DNA of 64,000 nt from Nanobdellota archaeon (GCA_038045945.1 JBBSXC010000001.1:64001-128000); one strand, 5' to 3'; positions 1 through 9,328 are shown, counted from the first letter of the stretch. Notes: a model not told the origin generated them from the letters alone. A program made the numbers and translations.

Positions 1-120
1 TCTCTTTTTTACCATACCTAATGATTAATATCTTAGTTTATAATAATTATCGAGATAGAATATATCAGAGAAAGCTAAATAAACTAATTAAAACTGATAA
101 TCTAATAAAAAGGTGATAAA

Positions 121-870
121 ATGAGTATCCCAAAATTTAAAGATAAACATCTCTACGACTCTATGGTTAATCCCGCTAATGCTATGAGCATTATTAACAA
201 AAAATTCAAGAATCTTCCCAAAAAGTATCTCTTTGTTTATGAAAAGTTCGCACTTCGATATTTTTTAAGAAAGTATAAGCCTAAGAAATTGGTTCTTTCA
301 GGGAGAATGACTATTTATCTGCATAAAGATATCGGTTTTGTTAGAATGGAAGGTATCGGTGCTCCTTACACTGTGGGTTTCATGGAAAACCTAATTGGTC
401 TTGGAGGGAAGGTCTTCCTCAATATTGGCTTTGCTGGAGGACTTCATAAAGAGGGAATTATCCTTTGTAAAAAATCTTTAAGGGATGAAGGAACTAGCCA
501 TCACTATATCCCTCATGGAGATTATGCTCATCCAGATGAAGAATTAACAAAAAAGCTTGCTAATTTTCTTGATAAGAACAAGGTAGAATATTCTGCTGGA
601 GACTCCTGGACTACAGACTCTTACTTTAGAGAAACTAAAGAAGAAGTTGCAAAGTATTCTAAAGAAGGAATAATAGCTGTAGAAATGGAAAGCTCTGCCT
701 TGTTTACGGTTGGTAAATTCAGAAACGTAAAAGTAGCATCAGCTTTTGTTGTTAGCGATATCTTAAGAGACAAGTGGGAACAAAAAGCTGAACACTATAA
801 TGTTAAGGGCGGTCTAAAGAAATTAGTTGATCTGGGAATAAAGTTTTTAGGAAATAACGGAGTTAAATGA
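121..870 (+). CDS. Nucleoside phosphorylase (PNP/UDP family)
   Basis: Motifs GIGAP, NIGFAGG, RDEGTSHHY, WTTDSYFRET, AVEMESSALF. Confidence 0.9.
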   Translation: MSIPKFKDKHLYDSMVNPANAMSIINKKFKNLPKKYLFVYEKFALRYFLRKYKPKKLVLSGRMTIYLHKDIGFVRMEGIGAPYTVGFMENLIGLGGKVFLNIGFAGGLHKEGIILCKKSLRDEGTSHHYIPHGDYAHPDEELTKKLANFLDKNKVEYSAGDSWTTDSYFRETKEEVAKYSKEGIIAVEMESSALFTVGKFRNVKVASAFVVSDILRDKWEQKAEHYNVKGGLKKLVDLGIKFLGNNGVK

Positions 871-873
871 ATA

Positions 874-1095
874 ATGGCTAGAGACAGAGGAATAGAACAC
901 GCAGACAGGCAATTTGATCTGATCAAACTGATAAATGATAAGCTCAAACATAAGAGGAAGATAAGAATTCTCGATGCTGGTTGCGGTCATGGAGTAGCTA
1001 TGATAGAAATAGCAAAAAAGTTTGGAGATAAAGTTGAGATTCATGGATTTTTAGACAATCCTGCTGTTGGAAATCCAAAAATAATTCGTGAAGAG
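874..1095 (+). pseudogene. Class I SAM-dependent methyltransferase, N-terminal fragment
   Basis: Motif I ILDAGCGHG; after ~KIIREE the frame continues only as the antisense of the opposing gene. Confidence 0.65.
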
Positions 1096-1369
1096 TTTCT
1101 TCAGTTACTCTGGTTATGTCATCAATTTTGTAAACTTCTGTTATTTTTCTCATTATCCAAGCAATCCTTGAACGAATATTGTTTAACCTTACAAATCCTC
1201 TTGGTCCTTTCTGAGAATTCGATGCCACATTAAGACCCATCTCCATATCAGAAACATAACGCAACAATATATCAGAGTTCTGAGTGCTTAAACCAGGAAT
1301 GCCTTCTCTGGTCTTTTTCTTCCAATTCTCATACTGTTCCTTATGTTTGTAGGGGTCTATTTTTACCAT
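1078..1369 (-). pseudogene. Tyrosine recombinase/integrase N-terminal fragment (catalytic domain missing)
   Basis: MVKIDPYKHKEQYENWK...NSDILLRYVSDMEMGLN...KGPRGFVRL resembles N-termini of DPANN integrases (from recall); no R-H-R-Y catalytic region. Confidence 0.55.
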
Positions 1370-1462
1370 TTTTTGTTTTTTATACGCTCCGCTAAGTTTT
1401 AACCTAAAAGAGCGTTGAAGTCACATGGACTATTAAGTTTAAAAGTCTTGTCGCAAAACAAT

Positions 1463-1490
1463 ATATCCGTTCAGAAGCATGGAGTCACGC
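1463..1490. repeat. Degenerate possible third copy of the att-like repeat
   Basis: ATATCC...AGA.GCA...TCACGC shared with the copies at 3285 and 5404, but shorter; lies upstream of the integrase start. Confidence 0.35.
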
Positions 1491-1512
1491 AAGAATAAAA
1501 GTTTAAAGCCCT

Positions 1513-2307
1513 CTACTTTTCTTGGTTTGATGTGAGGACTTTGCCTAAAGATTTCTTAACTATGTAATCTGAACCTAAACTGCCGGCTAAAAATGCTATT
1601 ATAGCCCATATCAGATTATCTTTAAACGCCTCTAAAGAAACTTGGTATCGGTCATAAAGAAAGTAAACTAAAGCTCCGCATATAATTATTCTTAGAATCC
1701 ATTTCCAGATATTTCTCCAGTTTATATTTGGTAAATGAAATCTTATTGTTATATCCTTTTGTAAAAATGGCTTTAATTTCGGATATTTTTCTGATAGGCT
1801 ATCAAAAAACCTATAAAACATCAGAGAAACTATTCTACTAAAGAACGCAATTGATAGCCCTATAAACATAAAAGAAACTAACATCACTATCAAAGCCCAT
1901 CCGATATTTCCTTTTTTTATAAGCATTAAAGTTAGGTTAAAAGCTAACAATGAGAATACGCTATAAAAAAATGTATTCTCTATAGTGTAAAGCCGATAGT
2001 TATAAGCGATTTCTATTGGTAAAATCTTTAGAAACTCTTGATAGTCTTTTTCCCTAAGTTTTTTTAATTCTTTGTTAAGGTGTTTTTTACCTTCTTCGGT
2101 TATAAAAAACATTAGACCCCAATCCTCTTGAGATTCAGCTATATACTTGTCTTTTTGTAGTAAATCTTGAATACTTAATGTAACATGTTTATTAATCTCT
2201 GGATATCTTGTTGTCTTACCCCAAATTTCAGACCAATTTGTTCCGCCTCTCTTAGAATAATAGTTTACTAAAAGAAGTACCAATAGCTTAACTTTTTCTT
2301 TATCCAT
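1513..2307 (-). CDS. Membrane protein with possible N-terminal winged helix
   Basis: 264 aa; FITEEGKKHL wHTH-like end followed by ~4 hydrophobic segments. Confidence 0.7.
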   Translation of the reverse strand: MDKEKVKLLVLLLVNYYSKRGGTNWSEIWGKTTRYPEINKHVTLSIQDLLQKDKYIAESQEDWGLMFFITEEGKKHLNKELKKLREKDYQEFLKILPIEIAYNYRLYTIENTFFYSVFSLLAFNLTLMLIKKGNIGWALIVMLVSFMFIGLSIAFFSRIVSLMFYRFFDSLSEKYPKLKPFLQKDITIRFHLPNINWRNIWKWILRIIICGALVYFLYDRYQVSLEAFKDNLIWAIIAFLAGSLGSDYIVKKSLGKVLTSNQEK

Positions 2308-2331
2308 GTTCTTTAGTTTTATAAGGAAAAT

Positions 2332-2982
2332 TTATTTTTTCTCTTTTGTTATTGAATCGCTTATTATTTTTATTATTCCTAAAATCGCTGGTGAGATAAG
2401 AGCTACTGCGGTTATATGTGTTTGGAAAAAAATCAATGTTAAGGCGATTATAACAATCCAAACTATACTGCCTATCAAATAGTATCTTGCACTACTTGAT
2501 AACCTGTAGAATAAATCCTTTTTATCTATAGCCAGAGTTATTGCAGTGTTAATTATATTGGATGTGATAAAAATAGCCATAATACTTAGTATAAATCCTG
2601 CGATAAATATTTGTAGTGGTGTGATTGTTCCTACTAGGAGCTTGGGTAGAATTGCTGGAACTTTATCTAATACTATGAACCATAATATTGTTATCAAGAC
2701 GTAAATTACTCCTATTGGACTAGCTTTCCAGTGTTTTATTCTTTCTTTCATAAACTTTTTATGTCTAGAAGGATAATAAATTTCAAAAGAAATTTTATCT
2801 TCTATTATGTCTTTATCTTCTTTAAGTTCTTCAATTATCTCATCTATTTCTCCTTCAGAATATTTTTTGCTAAAGCTTTCTTTTATCTTTTTGTCTGTTA
2901 AATTTATCAAATCTTTTGATTTTGTTACTTTTTCTATATAGCTAAAAACTTCTTTCTTCTTTTCCTGTTTTATTTTAGTCAT
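2332..2982 (-). CDS. Hypothetical membrane protein
   Basis: 216 aa; charged N-terminus then ~4 TM segments. Confidence 0.7.
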   Translation of the reverse strand: MTKIKQEKKKEVFSYIEKVTKSKDLINLTDKKIKESFSKKYSEGEIDEIIEELKEDKDIIEDKISFEIYYPSRHKKFMKERIKHWKASPIGVIYVLITILWFIVLDKVPAILPKLLVGTITPLQIFIAGFILSIMAIFITSNIINTAITLAIDKKDLFYRLSSSARYYLIGSIVWIVIIALTLIFFQTHITAVALISPAILGIIKIISDSITKEKK

Positions 2983-2983
2983 T

Positions 2984-3196
2984 TTAGCTTAAATCTGAAA
3001 GCTGTTTTTTAAAATAATAAACTAGGGCAGCTAATAATCCCCCTGAAAATATAATCCATCTAAAAAGTTCGTTAGCTCCTACAAATTGTGTAATTATTAC
3101 TGAAACAACATAAAGCCCTAGTAAAAATAAGACCGGTAAAATTATGAATCTAAAAACTGCATTATTGTATGCATCCTCAATATCGAATCTAGCCAT
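2984..3196 (-). CDS. Small membrane protein
   Basis: Likely start ATG 3196 (MARFDIE), TTTAAA ~25 nt upstream; two TM segments. Confidence 0.65.
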   Translation of the reverse strand: MARFDIEDAYNNAVFRFIILPVLFLLGLYVVSVIITQFVGANELFRWIIFSGGLLAALVYYFKKQLSDLS

Positions 3197-3284
3197 AAAA
3201 ACATATAATCCTCTTGATTTTAAACCTTTTTGTATCATCTTATACACTTAGTTTAAATGAGATAAATAGCTCAAATTAAAATTC

Positions 3285-3326
3285 ATATCCCTGAAAGATG
3301 CACTGATAGATTCACGCCACAACCGG
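3285..3326. repeat. att-like direct repeat (copy of the tRNA-Glu 3' end plus 30 nt flank)
   Basis: 38/42 nt identical to 5404-5445. Confidence 0.85.
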
Positions 3327-3366
3327 CAAGTTGCCTATTTTGTGATTTTAAGGGGCGTACTTTTTA

Positions 3367-4122
3367 TCATTTTTTAGCCAAACCCCATAGTAGTCTAGCA
3401 TATGTTTTAAAAGAATCTGCAACATCTTGGTTTTGTATAACTACGGAAAATGACTTCCCCTTATTAATACCGATAGTAATAGTGTCAGCATATATCTCCA
3501 TCCACGCATGAGTGATTAACTCTTTTGGCATATAACGAACCTCACTTAATGGATAAGAAGCAGATTCTTTACCAAAAGGATACCGAGCATAATCATTATA
3601 CAGATAATAACATTTAATTCCCTTTTTGTATCGGCGTTTGTGATAGTCTGAAAAGTATGGAGTTAGCTTATCATAAGGAGTTCTTGCAATTCCTATAATC
3701 CACATTTCATCACCTTTTTTCATAATATTTAGGGTTCTTTCTCTAGCCGTTTGAATGCCCTTTAGTCCATCATAAACTTGGGCTGTCTCAGAAGTAAGAG
3801 CTGTTTTGTGCTTAGATTCTAACTGAGGAATAATCTCTTGAAGTTCATGTTCTTGTTGTTTAAGTCTGTCTTGCTTTTCTTTATTGTATACTAAGAGTCT
3901 TTCGGGGTTAGTGGCTTTGAAACGTTTAATATCGTCCTTGATAATATGAGAAACAAGACCTTTCTTAGCTAAACGACTTAAAATTTGGTACACTTTAGAG
4001 AGAGAAACTCCAGATTCTTCAACAATCGGTCCAGAGGTGACTTCTCCTAGGCCTATAAGAGCAAGGTAAACTTTTATTTCTCCCGAAGTAAGACCTAATT
4101 CACGTAATGGTTCGATATTCAT
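3367..4122 (-). CDS. TrmB-family transcriptional regulator
   Basis: LRELGLTSGEIKVYLAL...SKVYQILSRLAKKGLV wHTH plus C-terminal effector domain. Confidence 0.9.
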   Translation of the reverse strand: MNIEPLRELGLTSGEIKVYLALIGLGEVTSGPIVEESGVSLSKVYQILSRLAKKGLVSHIIKDDIKRFKATNPERLLVYNKEKQDRLKQQEHELQEIIPQLESKHKTALTSETAQVYDGLKGIQTARERTLNIMKKGDEMWIIGIARTPYDKLTPYFSDYHKRRYKKGIKCYYLYNDYARYPFGKESASYPLSEVRYMPKELITHAWMEIYADTITIGINKGKSFSVVIQNQDVADSFKTYARLLWGLAKK

Positions 4123-4188
4123 TATACCCCACTAAGGGGGAAATAGTATTTATATATTTAGTATCTCCTTATAGTAGTAAATAATAAC

Positions 4189-5391
4189 ATGAAACAGCAA
4201 ATCATAAAACTCCTAGACCCAAGGGAAGTGCAAGAGGAGTTCAATTTAAGGGCGAGAAAGAGAAAAGGTATAGCCAAGGTGCTCTCAAATCGTTTCTCAA
4301 ATTACATTAATGAAAAGTTTGACAGTGATGTGAAAACTCTCCTCAATAAGCACTTCAAAGAATCCCATTTTAAGAATGTTCTAGAAGTAGGAGTCGGGAT
4401 AGGAAGAATAGCCCCATTCTTTATAGAAAGATCAGAAACGTTCTACGGAGTGGATTTTTCTGAAGGTATGCTTAATGAAGCTTCAAAAAACCTTTCTCCT
4501 CATAAAAATATAGAATTAATCTATGGAGATGCTTCAGAGTTAGAATTCAAAAAGGGATTTTTTGACCTTGGAATACTCAGCCTTATACTTAAGCATAACA
4601 ATGATAAGCAGACAAGAAAGATTATCAAAAATATGAAAAAATGGTGTAAAAAAATACTTCTTATAGAACATGTAATCGGAGGGGCTCTTGGAAGTAAAAT
4701 AGCAGTTATAAGAACTTTTGATTGGTATAAAAGAGAGTTCTTACCAAAAAGAATAACAATTCATGAATCATTTCACAGAGATAAAGATTGCATTGTCTTC
4801 TGTTTTTTTGAATCATCTTTACAAACTTTTTTACTTATAAGACACGGAGTTGTAGAAGTCCCTCATGAAAATTTCATTTATGGTCAAAGACATAACCCTC
4901 CTCTATCTATGAAAGGCAAAAGAGAAATGAGGGAGTTAGCTAGAAAGAAAAGTCTTTTTTTTAATTCTATAGATCAAGTTTATTCTAGTGCTCTTCATAG
5001 GTCACTTGAGACTGCACATCTACTCTTTAGAAATAAGCCTATTATTCAAGATGAAAGACTTAAAGAAATAGATTTTGGTGCTTATAGTGGCGTAGATATA
5101 AGGGATCATCCTAAAGTCTTTTCTTCTAAGTACAAATCTCTACTAAAACATAATCAACCTTTCACTGATGGAGAGAGTATTCTTAGTGTAAAAAAGAGAT
5201 TAAACCTGTTTAATAAAGAGATTCTTAAGAGTGGAAAATCTTCTTTTTGCATTGTTTCTCATCAATGGCTTCTAAACTGCTACATGAAGCTACTCTTGCA
5301 TACTAACGAGGAATTTATCTTTGAACAAGGAAAGATAACACAGATTATCTTAGAAGATGGAGAAGTAATTTCCTATAAACACAATGTCTAA
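4189..5391 (+). CDS. Class I SAM methyltransferase fused to a histidine phosphatase domain
   Basis: VLEVGVGIGR and GVDFSEGML; C-terminal LLIRHG, YSSALHRSLET, LKEIDFG, IVSH. Confidence 0.85.
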   Translation: MKQQIIKLLDPREVQEEFNLRARKRKGIAKVLSNRFSNYINEKFDSDVKTLLNKHFKESHFKNVLEVGVGIGRIAPFFIERSETFYGVDFSEGMLNEASKNLSPHKNIELIYGDASELEFKKGFFDLGILSLILKHNNDKQTRKIIKNMKKWCKKILLIEHVIGGALGSKIAVIRTFDWYKREFLPKRITIHESFHRDKDCIVFCFFESSLQTFLLIRHGVVEVPHENFIYGQRHNPPLSMKGKREMRELARKKSLFFNSIDQVYSSALHRSLETAHLLFRNKPIIQDERLKEIDFGAYSGVDIRDHPKVFSSKYKSLLKHNQPFTDGESILSVKKRLNLFNKEILKSGKSSFCIVSHQWLLNCYMKLLLHTNEEFIFEQGKITQIILEDGEVISYKHNV

Positions 5392-5403
5392 TGCAGGATA
5401 AAA

Positions 5404-5445
5404 ATATCCCCGAAAGATGCACTGATAGGTTCACGCCCCCACCGG
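5404..5445. repeat. att-like direct repeat overlapping the tRNA-Glu 3' end
   Basis: Matches 3285-3326 at 38/42 nt. Confidence 0.85.
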
Positions 5446-5506
5446 GATTCGAACCCGGGTTACAAGCTTGAGAAGCTTGTGTCCTTGGCCTCTAGACGAT
5501 AAGGGC
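5434..5506 (-). tRNA. tRNA-Glu(CTC)
   Basis: Cloverleaf; anticodon arm CAAGC-TTCTCAA-GCTTG; T-loop TTCGAAT. Confidence 0.95.
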
Positions 5507-5549
5507 GTTACTGTGAAAGAAGCTTTTTAAGCATTAAAAAGCTTATGGG

Positions 5550-6416
5550 ATGATGACTGATGAGGTAATAATTGTTAATAAGGAAGATTTTGATAAGAAG
5601 GTTTTATCAATGAGTAGGGCCGGCTCTGGTAGTTTGCAGATTATTAGTGATTTTGATAAGACTCTTACTAAGAGTGTTAATATTAAGGGAGACAAAGTTC
5701 CATCAATTATTTCTTGGCTTCGTAGGGGTAAGTACCTGAATGATAATTATTCTGATAAAGCTGAAGCTTTATTTTCTAAGTATCATCCTTATGAGTTATC
5801 AACTGATATTTCAGATAAGGAAAAGTCTTCTATGATGCATGAGTGGTGGGAGACTCATTTTAGGCTTTTGGCTGATTGTGGTCTTGACACTTTTACTATA
5901 AGGAAGGCAACTCAGGAGATGGTTGATAAGGGAGAATTACTTTTAAGGGATGGAGCAGAAGAATTTTTTGTTCGTTTATGGAAAGCTAAAGTTCCTTTAG
6001 TTATTATTTCTGCCAGTATTGGTGATATTATTAAGGAATATTTAAAGATTAAAAGTTTTCATTTTGATAATGTTCACATAATTGCTAATATGTTAAAGTA
6101 TGATAATAATGGAAAATTCTTGGGCGTTATTGAGCCTATTATCCATAGTATGAATAAGAAGGAGATTGAGATTAAGAATCATTCAGAATACAAAAATTTG
6201 TCAGGTAAGAATAATATTATTCTTTTGGGTGATGGTTTAGGTGACTTGGGCATGAGCGAAGGTTTACATTACGACAACATTATTAGGGTTGCTTTTTATA
6301 ATGATGGTGAATCTGACTCTTTAGATTTGTACAAGAAGTCTTTTGATGTTATTATTAAGGGTGAAGCAAGTTTAGAATATGTTAATGATTTGATAGAAAA
6401 GATAGAGAATAATTAA
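5550..6416 (+). CDS. HAD-family pyrimidine 5'-nucleotidase (NT5C3/UMPH-1-like)
   Basis: LQIISDFDKTLT, MHEWWETH, IISASIGD, IHSMNK, ILLGDGLGDLGM. Confidence 0.85.
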   Translation: MMTDEVIIVNKEDFDKKVLSMSRAGSGSLQIISDFDKTLTKSVNIKGDKVPSIISWLRRGKYLNDNYSDKAEALFSKYHPYELSTDISDKEKSSMMHEWWETHFRLLADCGLDTFTIRKATQEMVDKGELLLRDGAEEFFVRLWKAKVPLVIISASIGDIIKEYLKIKSFHFDNVHIIANMLKYDNNGKFLGVIEPIIHSMNKKEIEIKNHSEYKNLSGKNNIILLGDGLGDLGMSEGLHYDNIIRVAFYNDGESDSLDLYKKSFDVIIKGEASLEYVNDLIEKIENN

Positions 6417-6489
6417 TAGCCCCACCAGGACTCGAACCTGGATTTGCGGCTCCAGAGGCCACTGTACTTACCAATTATACTATAGGGCT
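6417..6489 (-). tRNA. tRNA-Gln(CTG)
   Basis: Cloverleaf; anticodon arm GTGGC-CTCTGGA-GCCGC; A1-U72 pair. Confidence 0.95.
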
Positions 6490-6589
6490 ATTGAGATATT
6501 GATTCTTTTAGCGCTTTTAAAATTATCTGCTAGGAAAATATATTTAAAGTGGTAAATTCATTGTTTTCTTATAAAGAGATGAATAATTA

Positions 6590-6919
6590 ATGGCTAGTCC
6601 TATAATAATAATGATTGGTATCCTTTTAGTGTTGTGGATACTTGTTAAGTTTAAGGAGATGAGGCACAGATTTTTAGGCACTATTCTTCTACTGCTTATA
6701 CTTTCTTTGTTCCTTTCTGCTACTTATGTTATTAATAAGGAAAATATTGATTTGAAGAGTGGTGATGGTCTTAGTAAGTTTACTAAGTATTATGTTTTTT
6801 GGTTAGGTAACATTTTTTCTAATGCTAAGCAAATAACTGGTAGTGTTATTAATCAGGATTGGGCTTTAAATAATACTAATCTTGAGTTGCCAAAGATGGG
6901 TAATAGTACTGCACAATGA
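6590..6919 (+). CDS. Hypothetical membrane protein
   Basis: 109 aa; two N-terminal TM helices. Confidence 0.7.
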   Translation: MASPIIIMIGILLVLWILVKFKEMRHRFLGTILLLLILSLFLSATYVINKENIDLKSGDGLSKFTKYYVFWLGNIFSNAKQITGSVINQDWALNNTNLELPKMGNSTAQ

Positions 6920-7173
6920 GGTTTTTTACTATAATCATTGTTTTTTTGCTTGTTGGTGTTTTCTTTATTATTTCTGAGAAGGGCCTTAATGTTGCTTCTT
7001 CTTCTGACTTGAAAATTCTTAAGAGTGATTATTCTTCATGGCTCTTGACTACTGCTAAGAATTCTGCTTTTTTTGTTGGTCAGGCAATAAAGATGGAATG
7101 GTTGCCTGAAACTAATATGTCCGATTCATCATTAGGGATCATTGAGAGTAACGATAGTAATAAGAGTGAATAA
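6916..7173 (+). CDS. Hypothetical membrane-anchored protein
   Basis: 85 aa; ATGA overlap with the upstream gene. Confidence 0.7.
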   Translation: MRFFTIIIVFLLVGVFFIISEKGLNVASSSDLKILKSDYSSWLLTTAKNSAFFVGQAIKMEWLPETNMSDSSLGIIESNDSNKSE

Positions 7174-7249
7174 TTAGTTTTTTCTCTTAATGGAACAAGT
7201 TTTTTTTCTTTAGCTTAATTTTATAAACCTCTCTGGACTTGTTTACTTT

Positions 7250-7774
7250 ATGGTTAAAGAAAATGATTCTAATCCTGTTAAGGAGTCTAAAGAGGGTAAG
7301 CTTGATAAGTTTAGAGCTAATTATGAAAAGTTAGCTAAGAAGCATTCTTTACCTTCTTTTGATATGCTTAATAATTATTTTGATATTGAGGAATTGTCTA
7401 GTAAGAGTACTGATAGGGTTTTGAGGATTATTAGAAGAAGAATTACTGAGAAGACTAGTTCATACTTGAGATTCATGGAAGTTTTCCTTAATCCTTCACA
7501 AGCACCCTTATTTTACATGGTTTTGACTAAGAATATGCCTGATGAGGGTAGGAAGATCATTAATGAGTCTTATTTTGATCTTGGTAGGATTGAGATTGAT
7601 CATTTGCGTATGGAACTGCAGGATTATGATGAAAAAGCAGAATCTGAATTAATTAAGGATTTTTGTGCTATTTGGTCAACTGTTAAGAAACAAATGAAGG
7701 TTTTAGTGGAAATTTTTGATAAGCAGTGGAAGCAGAAAAGGTCTGAGTCGCGAGAGAAAACTTATTTAGGATGA
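7250..7774 (+). CDS. Hypothetical protein
   Basis: 174 aa; backbone codon usage; TATA upstream. Confidence 0.75.
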   Translation: MVKENDSNPVKESKEGKLDKFRANYEKLAKKHSLPSFDMLNNYFDIEELSSKSTDRVLRIIRRRITEKTSSYLRFMEVFLNPSQAPLFYMVLTKNMPDEGRKIINESYFDLGRIEIDHLRMELQDYDEKAESELIKDFCAIWSTVKKQMKVLVEIFDKQWKQKRSESREKTYLG

Positions 7775-7818
7775 TAATTTACAACAGATATTAATATAAA
7801 TAGATAAATCTGGTTTTA

Positions 7819-8202
7819 TTGATGGCTGGTAGCGTTGATACACTAGTTGATTCTTACGTTGTTTCTCTTGCTAAACATTTTGTTTGTGAGGATGGGGAAA
7901 ATTTTGATTTTTTGAGAGATGCTTACTTATCAAACTATAATCTTTTAGGAATGATTGCTCACCGAGGTTTGAGAGATGTTAGAGATAGGAAAAGCTTTTG
8001 CGATCTATCTGAGATGACCCTTGGTTTGTATGATCTTATGATAACGATGAATGTCGATTACTCTAGGGACAGTTTTTTGTTTGATGAATTAGAAGCTACT
8101 AAGGCATTAATGGAAACTGAAGAATTCATTAATGAAGCCCCTGATTCTTATTGGAATGATGATAATAATTGGTCTATTGATTCAAGACCAATAGTTAGAT
8201 AG
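7819..8202 (+). CDS. Hypothetical protein
   Basis: 127 aa, acidic; TATA upstream. Confidence 0.65.
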   Translation: MMAGSVDTLVDSYVVSLAKHFVCEDGENFDFLRDAYLSNYNLLGMIAHRGLRDVRDRKSFCDLSEMTLGLYDLMITMNVDYSRDSFLFDELEATKALMETEEFINEAPDSYWNDDNNWSIDSRPIVR

Positions 8203-8233
8203 ATTATTTAAACATTATTCCCTTGCCCTTTTC

Positions 8234-8947
8234 ATGACTGTTGATTTTAATGATTTGATTGATAATTATCTTAAGAAGGAGTCTTATCCTCGTACTATTG
8301 GTAGGTATTGGCCTAGTGAGGCTGGTGGATGCTTGAGGAAGAATTGGTATAGTTTCAGGATTCCTAAACCTGTTGATAAGCCTTTATCTAGAATATTTGA
8401 GGCTGGTAATATGATTCATGAGTTTGTTGCTGATGTAATTCAGTCTGATAAGAATAGTCATGTTGAACTCCTTGATAAGGAGTTGCCAATTAAGATTCAG
8501 AGAGATGGTTATGTTGTTTCTGGTAGGATTGATGACTTAATACTTGTTTTGTTAGAGGGCAGGGAGTACTTGGTTGAGGTTAAGTCTACAAAGTATTTGC
8601 CTGTTCAGCCCCGTGTTGAGCATTTGATGCAGTTGCAATTATATATGAGTTCTTTGGGCGTTCACGATGGTATTATGCTTTATATTAAGAAGGATGATTT
8701 GCAAACTAAGCAGTTTAGTGTTGATTATGATGAATCGCAAGTTTTGGAGGTTTTGGAAAGGTTTGATAAGTTGCATAAACACTTAGTTAGTGATAAGATC
8801 CCAGAGGCTGAGGCTAAAACTGTTTATGACAAAAATTGGATGTGTGCTTTTTGTCCTTATCTTAAGGAGTGTGATGAAGAAGTAATTAGGAGTAAGGTTG
8901 TTCGCGACTTGGAAAATTCTAAGAATCAAGAATTAGTTGGCAGTTGA
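8234..8947 (+). CDS. Solo Cas4-like PD-(D/E)XK nuclease
   Basis: PSEAGGCLRK, GRIDD, VEVKS, QLQLY and C-terminal CxxCxxxxxC Fe-S ligands. Confidence 0.85.
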   Translation: MTVDFNDLIDNYLKKESYPRTIGRYWPSEAGGCLRKNWYSFRIPKPVDKPLSRIFEAGNMIHEFVADVIQSDKNSHVELLDKELPIKIQRDGYVVSGRIDDLILVLLEGREYLVEVKSTKYLPVQPRVEHLMQLQLYMSSLGVHDGIMLYIKKDDLQTKQFSVDYDESQVLEVLERFDKLHKHLVSDKIPEAEAKTVYDKNWMCAFCPYLKECDEEVIRSKVVRDLENSKNQELVGS

Positions 8948-9328
8948 GTTTTTTGCTAGGTTTGTTGATGATCCTATTGTTAGTAGGAATGATTGCACGT
9001 TTCTTGATTCCCAATTTTTAGGATAAATAATTTTTGTTTTGTTTCCGAACTTGTTTATTAGCATTATGTTTTGTATTATTCTTGCTAGTGTTTCTGCTCT
9101 CATTTTTCCTTCAGTATTTTTTAGTTCTTCCAAATTTATTATGAATGATACTCCTTTTTGTTTTGCTATTTTGCATAATACTTGGTTTAGTCCTGAGTCT
9201 CTTTCGTATAATGAGTCGCGTTTGTTGTCAGAGTGGTTTAGTACTAAGAATTTTGTTTTTTTGTTTTCTATTATTTGTCTGTTTTGGTCTGAGTTTCCTC
9301 CGTAGAATAATCCTTCTTTTTCTTTCAT
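8933..9328 (-). CDS. rnp3: Ribonuclease P protein component 3 (Rpp30), short form
   Basis: NRQIIE, DSGLNQVLCKIAKQKGVSFIINL. Confidence 0.75.
   Translation of the reverse strand: MKEKEGLFYGGNSDQNRQIIENKKTKFLVLNHSDNKRDSLYERDSGLNQVLCKIAKQKGVSFIINLEELKNTEGKMRAETLARIIQNIMLINKFGNKTKIIYPKNWESRNVQSFLLTIGSSTNLAKNSTAN

Larger units (their letters stand above)
3327..5403. mobile_element. Repeat-bounded 2.1-kb cassette/genomic islet at tRNA-Glu(CTC)
   Basis: Flanked by 42-bp direct repeats overlapping the tRNA 3' end; lacks the backbone T-over-A bias. Confidence 0.65.

Noticed and set aside
59-102. Fourth att-like copy (ATATC...GAAAG...ACTGATA)
   Set aside because: Spacing differs and the TCACGC end is absent; compatible with chance in AT-rich DNA
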